From the NCBI GenBank assembly GCA_041223685.1, contig JBCLQR010000015.1: 64,000 nucleotides of DNA. One strand, written 5' to 3'. The DNA comes from Lachnospiraceae bacterium 62-26. Lineage in GTDB: Bacteria > Bacillota > Clostridia > Lachnospirales > Lachnospiraceae. This document shows positions 48,876-57,875 of the stretch, piece after piece; the stretch's first letter is position 1, and every line of letters begins with the position of its first letter. The notes under the pieces are model-generated. The model searched no databases. It was not told the DNA's origin and saw nothing but the letters and a program-made list of their open reading frames with translations. The position numbers were made by a program, and so were the translations under genes.

Positions 48876-50069
48876 ATGAATTATGCAGAAGAGTCATTGA
48901 AGATGCACTATGACCTGAAGGGGAAGATTGAGATCGCGTCCAGATCATCCGTGGATTCAAAGGAAGCGTTAAGCCTTGCCTATACGCCGGGAGTTGCACA
49001 GCCTTGTCTTGAGATCCAGAAGGATCCGCAGAAGAGCTTCGAGCTTACCCGACGCTGGAATACTGTTGCCGTCGTGACGGACGGGACGGCCGTTCTGGGA
49101 CTGGGCGATATCGGACCGGAAGCAGGGATGCCGGTAATGGAGGGCAAATGCGTCCTTTTTAAAGCTTTCGGAGATGTCGATGCTTTTCCGCTGTGCATCC
49201 GCAGTAAGGATGTGGATGAGATTGTAAAGACTATAAGTCTCCTGGCCGGAAGCTTTGGCGGAATTAACCTCGAGGACATTTCCGCTCCGCGGTGTTTCGA
49301 GATTGAGGATAAACTGAAGAAATGCTGCGATATCCCGATCTTCCATGACGACCAGCATGGAACGGCTGTAATTACCCTTGCCGGACTTCTCAATGCTTTG
49401 AAAGTAGTCGGTAAGAGATTAAGCGAAGTCAAGATTGTCACATCAGGTGCGGGAGCCGCCGGGATTGCGATCATTAAGCTCCTTATGTCCATGGGGCTTA
49501 AAAATGTGATCATGACGGACCGGAAAGGAGCCATTTACGAAGGCCGTGAAGGCATGAACGATATCAAAAAGGAGATGGCTGAGATCACCAACCTCAATCG
49601 TGAGACGGGAGAGCTTTCGGAGGTGATACAAGGAGCGGATGTATTCATCGGCGTGTCTGCGCCGAAGACACTGACGGCAGATATGGTGAGGACGATGGCG
49701 GAAGATCCGATTATCTTCGCCTGTGCCAACCCTACGCCTGAGATCTTCCCAGAAGAGGCGAAGGCCGCCGGAGCGGCGGTGGTGTCTACCGGACGTTCCG
49801 ATTACCCGAATCAGGTGAACAATGTGCTCTGTTTCCCGGCGCTGTTCAGGGGAGCCCTGGATGTACGCGCCTCTGAGATCAATGACGAGATGAAAGTGGC
49901 GGCCGCATATGCGATCGCGGACCTTGTAAGGCCGGAGGAATTGAATACAGAATATATCTTGCCGCAGCCTTTCGATCCGCGGATTAAGGACGCTGTGGCG
50001 TCGGCCGTGGCAGAAGCGGCGAGAAAAACCGGCGTGGCGAGAGTTTATTCAGCCAAGATGGATCAGTAA
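48876..50069 (+). CDS. NAD(P)-dependent malic enzyme (short form)
   Basis: 397 aa; malic enzyme N-terminal and NAD-binding domain motifs (LSLAYTPGVAQPC, VVTDGTAVLGLGDIGP, GAGAAGIAI); strong RBS AAGGAGGA. Confidence 0.9.
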   Translation: MNYAEESLKMHYDLKGKIEIASRSSVDSKEALSLAYTPGVAQPCLEIQKDPQKSFELTRRWNTVAVVTDGTAVLGLGDIGPEAGMPVMEGKCVLFKAFGDVDAFPLCIRSKDVDEIVKTISLLAGSFGGINLEDISAPRCFEIEDKLKKCCDIPIFHDDQHGTAVITLAGLLNALKVVGKRLSEVKIVTSGAGAAGIAIIKLLMSMGLKNVIMTDRKGAIYEGREGMNDIKKEMAEITNLNRETGELSEVIQGADVFIGVSAPKTLTADMVRTMAEDPIIFACANPTPEIFPEEAKAAGAAVVSTGRSDYPNQVNNVLCFPALFRGALDVRASEINDEMKVAAAYAIADLVRPEELNTEYILPQPFDPRIKDAVASAVAEAARKTGVARVYSAKMDQ

Positions 50070-50113
50070 GACGAGAGAGATTAAAATATGAGCATGAAAG
50101 GATAATTTCTGAA

Positions 50114-51595
50114 ATGGATACGAAGGGAAATATGGACGGAAAGAATGTAAATATGGAAATGGAGAAAAAAAATTACCGGACAGAGGAGGATTCGATCGGT
50201 ACAAAGGCTGTCCCGGAAAGCGTCTATTATGGAGTGCAGTCTCTGAGAGCCGCCGAGAATTTCCGTATCACGGGGCTTAATATGCACCCGGAGATCATCA
50301 ACAGTCTGGCGTATATTAAGAAGGCGGCCGCGGTTACAAACTGTGAGGTCGGGATTCTCGACCGGAAGATTGCCGATGCCATTGCCAAAGCCTGTGATGA
50401 GATCCTGGAAGGAAAACTTCACAAAGATTTTATCGTAGATCCCATACAGGGAGGCGCGGGTACTTCCATCAATATGAATGCCAACGAAGTGATCGCGAAC
50501 CGTGCCATAGAGATTTTGGGAGGGCATAAGGGAGATTATTCCATTGTGAATCCGAACGACCATGTAAACTGCGGACAGTCTACCAACGACGTGATACCTA
50601 CCGCAGGAAAGATGACCTCCCTCAGACTGCTTAAGAACTTAAAGGAAGAGCTCCTGAGACTGCACAAAGCGCTGCTTGCAAAGGCTGAAGAGTTCGACCA
50701 TGTTATTAAGATGGGACGAACCCAGATGCAGGATGCGGTGCCGATCCGTCTGGGGCAGGAATTCCGGGCGTATTCGGTTGCGATCATGCGCGACATCCGC
50801 CGTATGGATAAAGCCATGGAAGAGATGTGTACGCTGAACATGGGAGGCACCGCCGTCGGGACGGGGATCAATGCGGACGCGGCTTATCTGCGCCGGATTG
50901 TTCCGAATCTGGCAGAGCTGTCCGGCATGGAGCTTGTACAGGCATTTGACCTGATTGACGCGACACAGAATCTGGATTCCTTCGTGGCGGTATCCGGTGC
51001 AATTAAGGCCTGCGCGGTTACGCTGTCTAAGATTGCCAATGATCTGCGGCTGATGTCTTCCGGACCTAGAACCGGTTTCGGAGAGATCAATCTGCCTGCG
51101 CGCCAGAATGGTTCGTCAATCATGCCAGGAAAAGTGAATCCGGTTATCCCGGAGGTGGTCAATCAGGTTGCGTTCAATATCATCGGTAACGACGTGACGA
51201 TCACCATGGCGGCAGAGGCAGGACAGCTGGAACTGAATGCGTTTGAACCAATCATCTTTTACTGCATGTTTCAGTCGATCGATACCCTTGCTTATGCGGT
51301 ACAGACTTTCGTTGATAACTGTATCACAGGGATTACCGCGAATGAAGACCGCTGCCGTTATCTGGTCGAGAACAGCGTGGGGATCATTACGGCAATCTGC
51401 CCTCATGTAGGATACCAGAGGGCGGCAGAGATCGCAAAGACAGCCATGAAGACGGGGGAATCGGTGCGTACTCTGATCCTCAGGGAAGGACTGCTTGATG
51501 AAAAAGAGTTAGACGAGATCCTTGAGCCGCTGCATATGACAGAGCCGGGGATTTCCGCCAAAGAGCTTCTGAAAAAAGAACGGCTGAAAAAGTAA
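50114..51595 (+). CDS. aspA: Aspartate ammonia-lyase (fumarase/aspartase family)
   Basis: 493 aa; fumarate-lyase signature GSSIMPGKVNPVIPE, AspA-like following segment VVNQVAFNIIGNDVTITMAAEAGQLELN; start ambiguous (in-frame ATGs at 50114, 50132, 50153, 50159). Confidence 0.8.
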   Translation: MDTKGNMDGKNVNMEMEKKNYRTEEDSIGTKAVPESVYYGVQSLRAAENFRITGLNMHPEIINSLAYIKKAAAVTNCEVGILDRKIADAIAKACDEILEGKLHKDFIVDPIQGGAGTSINMNANEVIANRAIEILGGHKGDYSIVNPNDHVNCGQSTNDVIPTAGKMTSLRLLKNLKEELLRLHKALLAKAEEFDHVIKMGRTQMQDAVPIRLGQEFRAYSVAIMRDIRRMDKAMEEMCTLNMGGTAVGTGINADAAYLRRIVPNLAELSGMELVQAFDLIDATQNLDSFVAVSGAIKACAVTLSKIANDLRLMSSGPRTGFGEINLPARQNGSSIMPGKVNPVIPEVVNQVAFNIIGNDVTITMAAEAGQLELNAFEPIIFYCMFQSIDTLAYAVQTFVDNCITGITANEDRCRYLVENSVGIITAICPHVGYQRAAEIAKTAMKTGESVRTLILREGLLDEKELDEILEPLHMTEPGISAKELLKKERLKK

Positions 51596-51632
51596 GAAAC
51601 TACTGATTTCTTTTAGAAATGGAAGAGTTGTT

Positions 51633-52859
51633 ATGAAAATAATATCACAATACAAGGGGCTTCGCAGGGAGAATTATATCCTCTGCTTCGGACGTCTCGT
51701 TACGGCTATGGGCTCCATGATCTGGCCGATGCTGACGATGATCTTAAGCCAGAAGATGGGCATGAGCGCAGAGCATATTGCCTGGATCATGGCTGTGGTA
51801 GGCATCCTGGCCCTGCCGGCTAATCTGATCGGCGGCAAGATGGCGGATCATTTCAATAAGAAAATGAATATTGTATACCTGGATATGATATCTGTAGTCT
51901 GCTATGTGATCTGTGCATTGACGCCTCTGACAGAAAAGTCCATTGTGGTGATGTTTATTGCGGCCACCTGTCAGAGCATGGAGCATCCGTCTTATAATGC
52001 GCTCACAGCGGATATCACGGTAACGGAAGACCGGGAGCGTGCGTATTCACTCCAGTACCTCTGCTCGAATCTGGGATTTGTCATGTCACCGACGATCGCG
52101 GGATTTCTGCTCAGGGATTATCTCTGGCTGGCGTTTTTGATCAGCGGGAGCGCCATCGGGTGCTCTGCTGTGCTGATTCTGTTTCTGGTGAAGGATATCA
52201 CCCCGGTCAGAGACACCAGCCAGAAGGCTGTATATCAGGCCGAACGAAAAGGCGAGGGGCTGTGGACCGTCTTGAAGGAGAACAAGATGATCGTTCTCTA
52301 CCTTCTGGCAGTCAGCGGTTACTTTGCGACCTATCAGATGTATAATTATCTGATGCCTCTGGACCTTGCGAGACTGCATGGAGACAGCGGTGCGGTCATC
52401 TTCGGCTCTATCACCAGCGTGAACTGTGTGGTAGTCGTGTTGTGCACACCGCTGTTTACCAGAATGTTCCCGCAGGTGACAGAGACTGTCAAGACGCTGC
52501 TCGGCCAGGTCCTTTTGGTGGCGGGCTTCGGTATATTCCTGCTGTGCCTGGGGCGGATACCGTTCTACTATGTTGCGATGATCGTCCTGACCTGGGGAGA
52601 GGTGTTCAGTACGCTCGCGGAGAGCCCGTACCTTACGAAGCGGATGCCTGCAAGCCACAGAGGACGTATCAACGGGCTGGCAGAAGTGTTAAGGACCGGT
52701 ATAACCAGTGTATACCAGCTGTTGATAGGTTTCGTGTATAAGGCCGGAGGATCAGAGACGGCCTGGGTGGCTGTTCTGATCCTTGGAGTGTTCTTTGTGA
52801 TACTCTGTGTGGTACTGACGGTAAAAGACCGGAAGGTCTATAAGAATCTATACCTTTAA
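51633..52859 (+). CDS. MFS transporter
   Basis: 408 aa, 12 TM; follows the malic enzyme and aspartase genes on the same strand. Confidence 0.8.
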   Translation: MKIISQYKGLRRENYILCFGRLVTAMGSMIWPMLTMILSQKMGMSAEHIAWIMAVVGILALPANLIGGKMADHFNKKMNIVYLDMISVVCYVICALTPLTEKSIVVMFIAATCQSMEHPSYNALTADITVTEDRERAYSLQYLCSNLGFVMSPTIAGFLLRDYLWLAFLISGSAIGCSAVLILFLVKDITPVRDTSQKAVYQAERKGEGLWTVLKENKMIVLYLLAVSGYFATYQMYNYLMPLDLARLHGDSGAVIFGSITSVNCVVVVLCTPLFTRMFPQVTETVKTLLGQVLLVAGFGIFLLCLGRIPFYYVAMIVLTWGEVFSTLAESPYLTKRMPASHRGRINGLAEVLRTGITSVYQLLIGFVYKAGGSETAWVAVLILGVFFVILCVVLTVKDRKVYKNLYL

Positions 52860-53378
52860 AGCGAGCCGTCTGATGTCGGGGACTGCCAGCAGGATTGGAT
52901 ATAGTACAAAAGCGATAATAAGTCCACTGAGTCCCTGAATCAGATTGGCGGGAATACTTGCCGCGGCGGCGGAGATTCCATAGAGCGGGATCTCACAGAG
53001 GAAATATCCCCCGGCAACGAAGATGATGTCAACAATCCCGCCCAGTATCACGGCTGTACACTGACCTTTGCCGGTACGGCCGATCTTATGATAGATAAGT
53101 CCCGCAACACATGCGGTGATTCCTTTGATCGCGAATGTGATCGGTATATAGATAAAATATCCGCCGACAAGATCAGCCATGGCGGAACCGATTCCTGCGG
53201 CCAGAAATCCGCCGGACGGACCTAAGATAATACCGGAGAGGATGACAACAGCGTCGCCCGGATGTATGTATCCGCCCGTTCCCGGCGTCGGGATGCGGAT
53301 GGACATGGTTGCAACACAGGCCAGAGCCGCAAACAATGCAGTCGTGACGATTTTTCGCAGATTAGTATTTACGTTCAT
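52848..53378 (-). CDS. ECF transporter S component (substrate-specific membrane subunit)
   Basis: Start moved to ATG 53378 (MNVNTNLRKIVTTALFAALACV.., RBS AAGAGG); 176 aa with 5-6 TM and Gly-rich motifs typical of ECF S proteins; the upstream part of the track ORF has no RBS or homology. Confidence 0.65.
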   Translation of the reverse strand: MNVNTNLRKIVTTALFAALACVATMSIRIPTPGTGGYIHPGDAVVILSGIILGPSGGFLAAGIGSAMADLVGGYFIYIPITFAIKGITACVAGLIYHKIGRTGKGQCTAVILGGIVDIIFVAGGYFLCEIPLYGISAAAASIPANLIQGLSGLIIAFVLYPILLAVPDIRRLALKV

Positions 53379-53540
53379 AGTAGTGACCTCTTTTCCTTTT
53401 AATCTGTGGTAAACCTGTATGGATACAGGTTCAATCCGATAGAGATACTTTATACCCAGACTGGCGTGAAGGGAAGGTCCAATAAATACAAAATTAACCA
53501 TACCAGTTATTTTTTGAATATGTTTGTGAGGAAATAGAAA

Positions 53541-53825
53541 ATGGCAGATAACATCTATAAATTCAACGCAGTTATTCACACGATTCCGGAGAAAGGCGGA
53601 GCATATATTGAATTCCCCTATGATATCCGCGAGGAATTTGGGAAGGGGAGGGTGAAGGTCCATGTGACATTTGACGGGATTCCCTACGACGGGAGCATCG
53701 TGAACATGGGCGTAAAAAATCCTGACGGAAGTATCTGCTATATTATCGGAATGTTGAAAGCGATTCGTGAACGGCTGGGCAAGTCAAACGGTGATTCGGT
53801 TGAAGTAACTGTATGTGAGAGATGA
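53541..53825 (+). CDS. DUF1905 domain protein
   Basis: 94 aa; small beta-rich protein (..YIEFPYDIREEFGKGRVKVHVTFDGIPYDGSIVNMG..) matching the DUF1905 pattern; RBS GAGGAAA. Confidence 0.6.
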   Translation: MADNIYKFNAVIHTIPEKGGAYIEFPYDIREEFGKGRVKVHVTFDGIPYDGSIVNMGVKNPDGSICYIIGMLKAIRERLGKSNGDSVEVTVCER

Positions 53826-53832
53826 TCCCCTT

Positions 53833-54888
53833 TCATTTCAGATTCCGTTGTCTCCAAAGGCGCGACCGCAGGCTTTTCAGGAATTTCTCATTTCCGATCA
53901 CTGTGATCATAGGACCAAAGGACATCACTTCGATCAACAGCTCGGTTTCCATGCTCTGATTATAATAGATAAGGCATTCATAGGTGTTCTCATCTATCTT
54001 GGTCGTATTCTTTTCATAATTGGCAAAATGTAACATAGCCCGTTCCAGTGCGTTGCGCTTATTGGCGATATGCAGCCGGAGCGGTTCTTTGTAGTAGGAT
54101 CTTCGGATCAGCGAATTCAGATCAATGTCAGAAGAGAGCCGTTTTTCTGTGAGCCGGGCACTCTGTATGCGGGCGATATTCAGGATGTCAAGCCTCATGC
54201 CGCCACGGCCGGTATTCTTCAGCGCGAGGAGGCGGAACTTGTCGTTTTTGACGGAGTATTCAAGCCTGGCAGGAACATAGTGATGGTGTACGCGCGTTCC
54301 GGCAGGGGAAGTATAATCAAGATCCACATACCGTTTAAGCTTCTGCGCCTTCAAGAGAGTTCGGAAGTTTTGACGGTATGTTTCACTTCTGCCGTAAAGC
54401 CTGTCCTCTTTTTCATCTGCGCCGGCTTCGTCTGACAACGCCGCGGCGCCTGATGATACCGCGTCACTGCCTGACGGCGGTATCGGATAGGGATCTTTGT
54501 CTGCAAACTGGTCATAATAGCAGAACTGTTCCTTACGCCAGAGCGGTTTTACAGACGCAAGCATTTCGTTCAGGGCATCGAATTGCTCCCGGTCAAGAAA
54601 CAGTCCGATGCGGGGATCTGACAGCAAAGCCTTGAGATAAGATTTTTCAAGGGAAGTGAGCGGGACGGCAAAGGAGGGGGAAAGCCTGGACAGATAGAGT
54701 TCGTTGTCCCTGTCAAACAGATTCCATGCCCCGCTCTCCAGTCTTGGGATGATGGAGATCATGCTTTCGCCGAAGCCTTCGTTGTCGATCTGGCGGTAGA
54801 TCTCCTGTATGGTCATGGCATCTGTCCGGCACAGAATATGCCGTAATACCTGGTAATAACAGCTGTATATTTCTGAAAATAATTCCAT
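53833..54888 (-). CDS. WYL domain transcriptional regulator (wHTH-WYL-WCX architecture), downstream member of a tandem pair
   Basis: 351 aa; WYL-domain signature region (..YVPARLEYSVKNDKFRLLALKNTGRGGMRLDILNIARI..), C-terminal WCX-like end (FGPMITVIGNEKFLKSL); RBS AAAAGGAG. Confidence 0.7.
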   Translation of the reverse strand: MELFSEIYSCYYQVLRHILCRTDAMTIQEIYRQIDNEGFGESMISIIPRLESGAWNLFDRDNELYLSRLSPSFAVPLTSLEKSYLKALLSDPRIGLFLDREQFDALNEMLASVKPLWRKEQFCYYDQFADKDPYPIPPSGSDAVSSGAAALSDEAGADEKEDRLYGRSETYRQNFRTLLKAQKLKRYVDLDYTSPAGTRVHHHYVPARLEYSVKNDKFRLLALKNTGRGGMRLDILNIARIQSARLTEKRLSSDIDLNSLIRRSYYKEPLRLHIANKRNALERAMLHFANYEKNTTKIDENTYECLIYYNQSMETELLIEVMSFGPMITVIGNEKFLKSLRSRLWRQRNLK

Positions 54889-54916
54889 GTGAGAACTCCT
54901 TTTTCATTCGCGGCTG

Positions 54917-55025
54917 GTGTAAGGGGACCGATTCGTAAAGGTATTGACTCGTAAAGGAATCGATTCGTAAAGAAATCGACTCGTAAGGGGATTGATTCGT
55001 AAAGAAATCGACTCGTAAGGGGATC
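54917..55025. repeat. Tandem array of 6.5 copies of a 16-bp unit (GAYTCGTAARGRRATY), filling the spacer between the two WYL genes
   Basis: Full units at 54930, 54946, 54962, 54978, 54994, 55010; units alternate GATTCGTAAAGAAATC / GACTCGTAAGGGGATT, giving a 32-bp period; last unit overlaps the stop codon (55024-55026) of the upstream WYL gene. Confidence 0.85.
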
Positions 55026-56289
55026 AGGCGTCTTCGTTTGGCGTATGGGAAGCCGGGGGGATCTCATACATCTCGTACATTTTCTGCAAGTCACGGTAAA
55101 ACCGTTGTTCTACGGATCTGGCGGTACACTTAAGATCAAGGATCCTTCCGATAAATGTGCGGATCCACGGCAGCATTTCATTACAATCAAAGACTTCGAT
55201 CTCGTACTGATAGATATTCCGTGCGATCTTTGTTACGGTTCCGCCCCTGCCTTCCCGTTTCAGCCTGTCAACAATATAATCCTCAGCAGGTTCGAGAGCC
55301 TGTATGGTCATGGTAAGTCTGTCCAGATGATGCGCTCCTTCGCCCTGAAAGGAAACGCCCCACAGCTTCTTGCGGTTCTGATCCAGTGTGTCTGTGAGCC
55401 TGTCATATTCCGGGAAGGGTTCCAGAGGGGTAACACATTTGATGGAATCCAGTCGGAAGCAGGAGAAGCGTTTTCTTCTGTGCACATATCCGCACAGGTA
55501 ACGCCGGCCGCTCCTTGTGCTGATAAATATCTGCAACGGGACGCAGACGGTGGTGGTTACTTTCTCCGAGCGGGAGCTTTTCAGGCTGAGTTCCACACGC
55601 ATTTTCTGGTTCATGGCACAGAGAAGCTTAAGAAGAATCTCATCCTCCAGTGTATGTACGCAGAAGCTGTGTTTTACCCGGAAAGTCTGGTTCTGACAAT
55701 CCATCTGATCGGTTAGTTCATTCCCGATGATTCCAAATACTTCCGCTGTCTGGTAGAAGAAGAGTGCATCCAGTATATCTTCGTTGGAACGGATCCACCG
55801 GATCGGCGCAAGGTTCAGGGAGTAGACGACCGTCTTTCCTTTCTTCTGCTTGTCTAAAAGCCCCTCTCTGGCATAGGCGTTGCATTTGCGCCGGACGGTC
55901 TGTATGTCGAACAGTGCTTCGTATTCCGTGAGAAGGAGGTCTGTGACGGCTTCTGCTGTCAGGGCGCGCCCGTCTTGCAGGATATCTAAGATCAGAAAAT
56001 GCAGGACAATATCGTTGTCGGTAAAGCTCTTCGTCTTCCATACTCTGAACAGGGGATTGGCATCCAGAAGATTACTGTCGATGGCGAGGGAAATATTTGA
56101 GCCGCCGGATACATGATCTTTCCGGACATAGGGGGCAAGCCAGCTCTCCAGCCGTCTCCGCTCATTGTCGTAGGTGCGGGGGCTTTTGGCCTTGAATTCA
56201 TTCCTGGTCTTGAACCCGTAGACGAAAAAATCGCGGACGTATTCCCGTGTCTTGGGAAAGCTCTTTATTAATTCCTGAAAATCAGACAT
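55024..56289 (-). CDS. WYL domain transcriptional regulator (wHTH-WYL-WCX), upstream member of the tandem pair (PafB/PafC-like arrangement)
   Basis: 421 aa; classic WYL motif VPLQIFISTRSGRRYLCGYVHRRKRFSCFRLDSI; C-terminal WCX-like ..WIRTFIGRILDL; strong RBS GTAAGGAGGCA; divergent from rtcB. Confidence 0.75.
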   Translation of the reverse strand: MSDFQELIKSFPKTREYVRDFFVYGFKTRNEFKAKSPRTYDNERRRLESWLAPYVRKDHVSGGSNISLAIDSNLLDANPLFRVWKTKSFTDNDIVLHFLILDILQDGRALTAEAVTDLLLTEYEALFDIQTVRRKCNAYAREGLLDKQKKGKTVVYSLNLAPIRWIRSNEDILDALFFYQTAEVFGIIGNELTDQMDCQNQTFRVKHSFCVHTLEDEILLKLLCAMNQKMRVELSLKSSRSEKVTTTVCVPLQIFISTRSGRRYLCGYVHRRKRFSCFRLDSIKCVTPLEPFPEYDRLTDTLDQNRKKLWGVSFQGEGAHHLDRLTMTIQALEPAEDYIVDRLKREGRGGTVTKIARNIYQYEIEVFDCNEMLPWIRTFIGRILDLKCTARSVEQRFYRDLQKMYEMYEIPPASHTPNEDA

Positions 56290-56472
56290 TGGGTGATGCC
56301 TCCTTACTTCTGTGCCTGTGGGACGGATGTACTTTGTATGGAAGTAATCGTATCACAGACCAGAAGAAAATACCAGAGTTCGCAGCTTTTTTTAAATGAT
56401 TCTGCGGAAAATGCCGGGTATAATACTACCATCAGATGCAGATCAGAAATAAGATGAAAGGGTGTGGAGGAT

Positions 56473-57705
56473 ATGTTTGTAATATCAAATGAGAATACCA
56501 GATTTCCGATAAAAATATGGCTTGAAGATATCAGCCGGCTTGAAGGATCCTGTCTTGAACAGGCGTATCACCTGGCACAGCTTCCGTTTTTGCACAAATG
56601 GGTGTGCCTGATGCCGGACACCCATACGGGCAAAGGAATGCCGATCGGCGGGGTGATCGCGGCGAAGGATGTGATCATACCCAACGCGGCAGGCGTGGAC
56701 ATCGGTTGCGGGATGGATTACATACCGACGAATATTTTGGTGGAAGAGATAAGGAAGGTACAGACGGGAAACGGCACGATCCTCCAGGCAGTCATCGGAA
56801 ATATCATGCGGACGATCCCGCTTGCCACGGAACGTTACAGGGAACCGCAGAAGTCCAGGGTGCTTGACCGGGCGAAGCAGGAGCCGGAAAAGTATCAGGA
56901 GGATCAGGAGCTTCTGCCGTTGATCGAAGACGGGTATTTTCAGGTGGGAAGCCTGGGAGGAGGAAATCATTTCATAGAGCTTCAGGAGGATCAGGACGGC
57001 TGTCTGTGCATCATGATCCATTCGGGCAGCCGCCATCTTGGGAAGGAAATCTGTGATCATTTCCACAAGAAGGCCAGAGAACTGAACCGGAGATGGTACA
57101 GTGAAGTAAAAGACGAATATCAGCTGGCGTTCCTTCCGGTTCAGGCCAGGGAGGGGCAGCAGTATATCAATTGGATGAACCTGGCGCTTGATTATGCTTT
57201 CGAGAACAGAGAGAGGATGCTTGAGAAGACCTGTTCCATTGTGAAGGAGACCATAGAGAAGTATACGGATATGATCGTGGAATTCGGGGAAGAGATCAAC
57301 TGCCACCACAACTATGCGGCGTTGGAGAACCACTATGGAGAAAATGTCTGGGTACACAGGAAAGGCGCAGCCAGGGTGCGGGAAGGCGAGCTGGCTGTAA
57401 TCCCGGGGGCGATGGGTTCCTTCAGCTATGTGGTGGAAGGAACGGGGAATCCCTTATCTTTCTGCTCGTCTTCCCACGGCGCCGGAAGGAATTATTCGAG
57501 GACGGGAGCCATGAGAGAGTTCAGCGTGGAAAAGGTCATGACCGATCTGAAGGAACAGGGCGTCGTGCTTGGGAAACGCAGGAAAAATGATGTGGCAGAA
57601 GAGTGCCGGTTTGCCTATAAAGATATCGACCAGGTAATGGCACAGCAGATGGACCTGGTTACGCCGGTCAGAAGACTTCGGACGGTCGGCGTCGTGAAGG
57701 GATAG
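56473..57705 (+). CDS. rtcB: RtcB family RNA 3'-phosphate/2',3'-cyclic-phosphate ligase
   Basis: Start ATG 56473 (MFVISNE.., RBS GTGGAGGAT); metal-binding and catalytic motifs MPDTHTGKGMPIGGV, GGGNHFIELQ, IHSGSRHLG, CHHNYAALENH; the track start 56464 is a GTG. Confidence 0.9.
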   Translation: MFVISNENTRFPIKIWLEDISRLEGSCLEQAYHLAQLPFLHKWVCLMPDTHTGKGMPIGGVIAAKDVIIPNAAGVDIGCGMDYIPTNILVEEIRKVQTGNGTILQAVIGNIMRTIPLATERYREPQKSRVLDRAKQEPEKYQEDQELLPLIEDGYFQVGSLGGGNHFIELQEDQDGCLCIMIHSGSRHLGKEICDHFHKKARELNRRWYSEVKDEYQLAFLPVQAREGQQYINWMNLALDYAFENRERMLEKTCSIVKETIEKYTDMIVEFGEEINCHHNYAALENHYGENVWVHRKGAARVREGELAVIPGAMGSFSYVVEGTGNPLSFCSSSHGAGRNYSRTGAMREFSVEKVMTDLKEQGVVLGKRRKNDVAEECRFAYKDIDQVMAQQMDLVTPVRRLRTVGVVKG

Positions 57706-57820
57706 GGAAATAATTTATTGTGTCAGGGTATTGGGAGGACTTCATATAACCCGTGCTCCCTGCCCGGCGGTGCCTGCGGCGTGCTGTCAGGTATACCATA
57801 AATATTTCAAATATAAAAAG

Positions 57821-57875
57821 TGTGGTGTCGGGGGTTCGAATCCCTCCCGTGTAAACGGCAGCTCAGAGGTAGAGC
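57821..57875 (+). other. tRNA-like fragments: T-arm (GGGGG-TTCGAAT-CCCTC) with 3' acceptor-like strand, then a D-arm-like GCTCAGAGGTAGAGC; no complete tRNA
   Basis: T-stem/loop at 57830-57846 followed by CCGTGTA-A; D-arm-like element at 57861-57875; the upstream 50 nt are AT-rich with no acceptor or D-arm partner. Confidence 0.35.

Noticed and set aside
53379-53540. preQ1-type or other riboswitch in the leader of the ECF S-component gene
   Set aside because: The leader has one 8-bp hairpin (AACCTGTA..TACAGGTT) and an A-rich tail, but loop size and sequence do not fit the preQ1-I/II or TPP consensus as far as I can judge by eye; left uncalled pending an Rfam scan.
54917-55025. Possible CRISPR array
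   Set aside because: The repeats are contiguous with no spacers, have a 16-bp unit, and no cas genes are present.
54813-55094. 93-aa minus-strand ORF with TSRFLYESIPLR repeats
   Set aside because: Reads through the 16-bp tandem array between the two WYL genes; reported as a repeat, not a protein.
57821-57875. Complete tRNA gene
   Set aside because: Only T-arm and D-arm-like modules, in the wrong order; no anticodon arm or 5' acceptor strand can be built on either strand.
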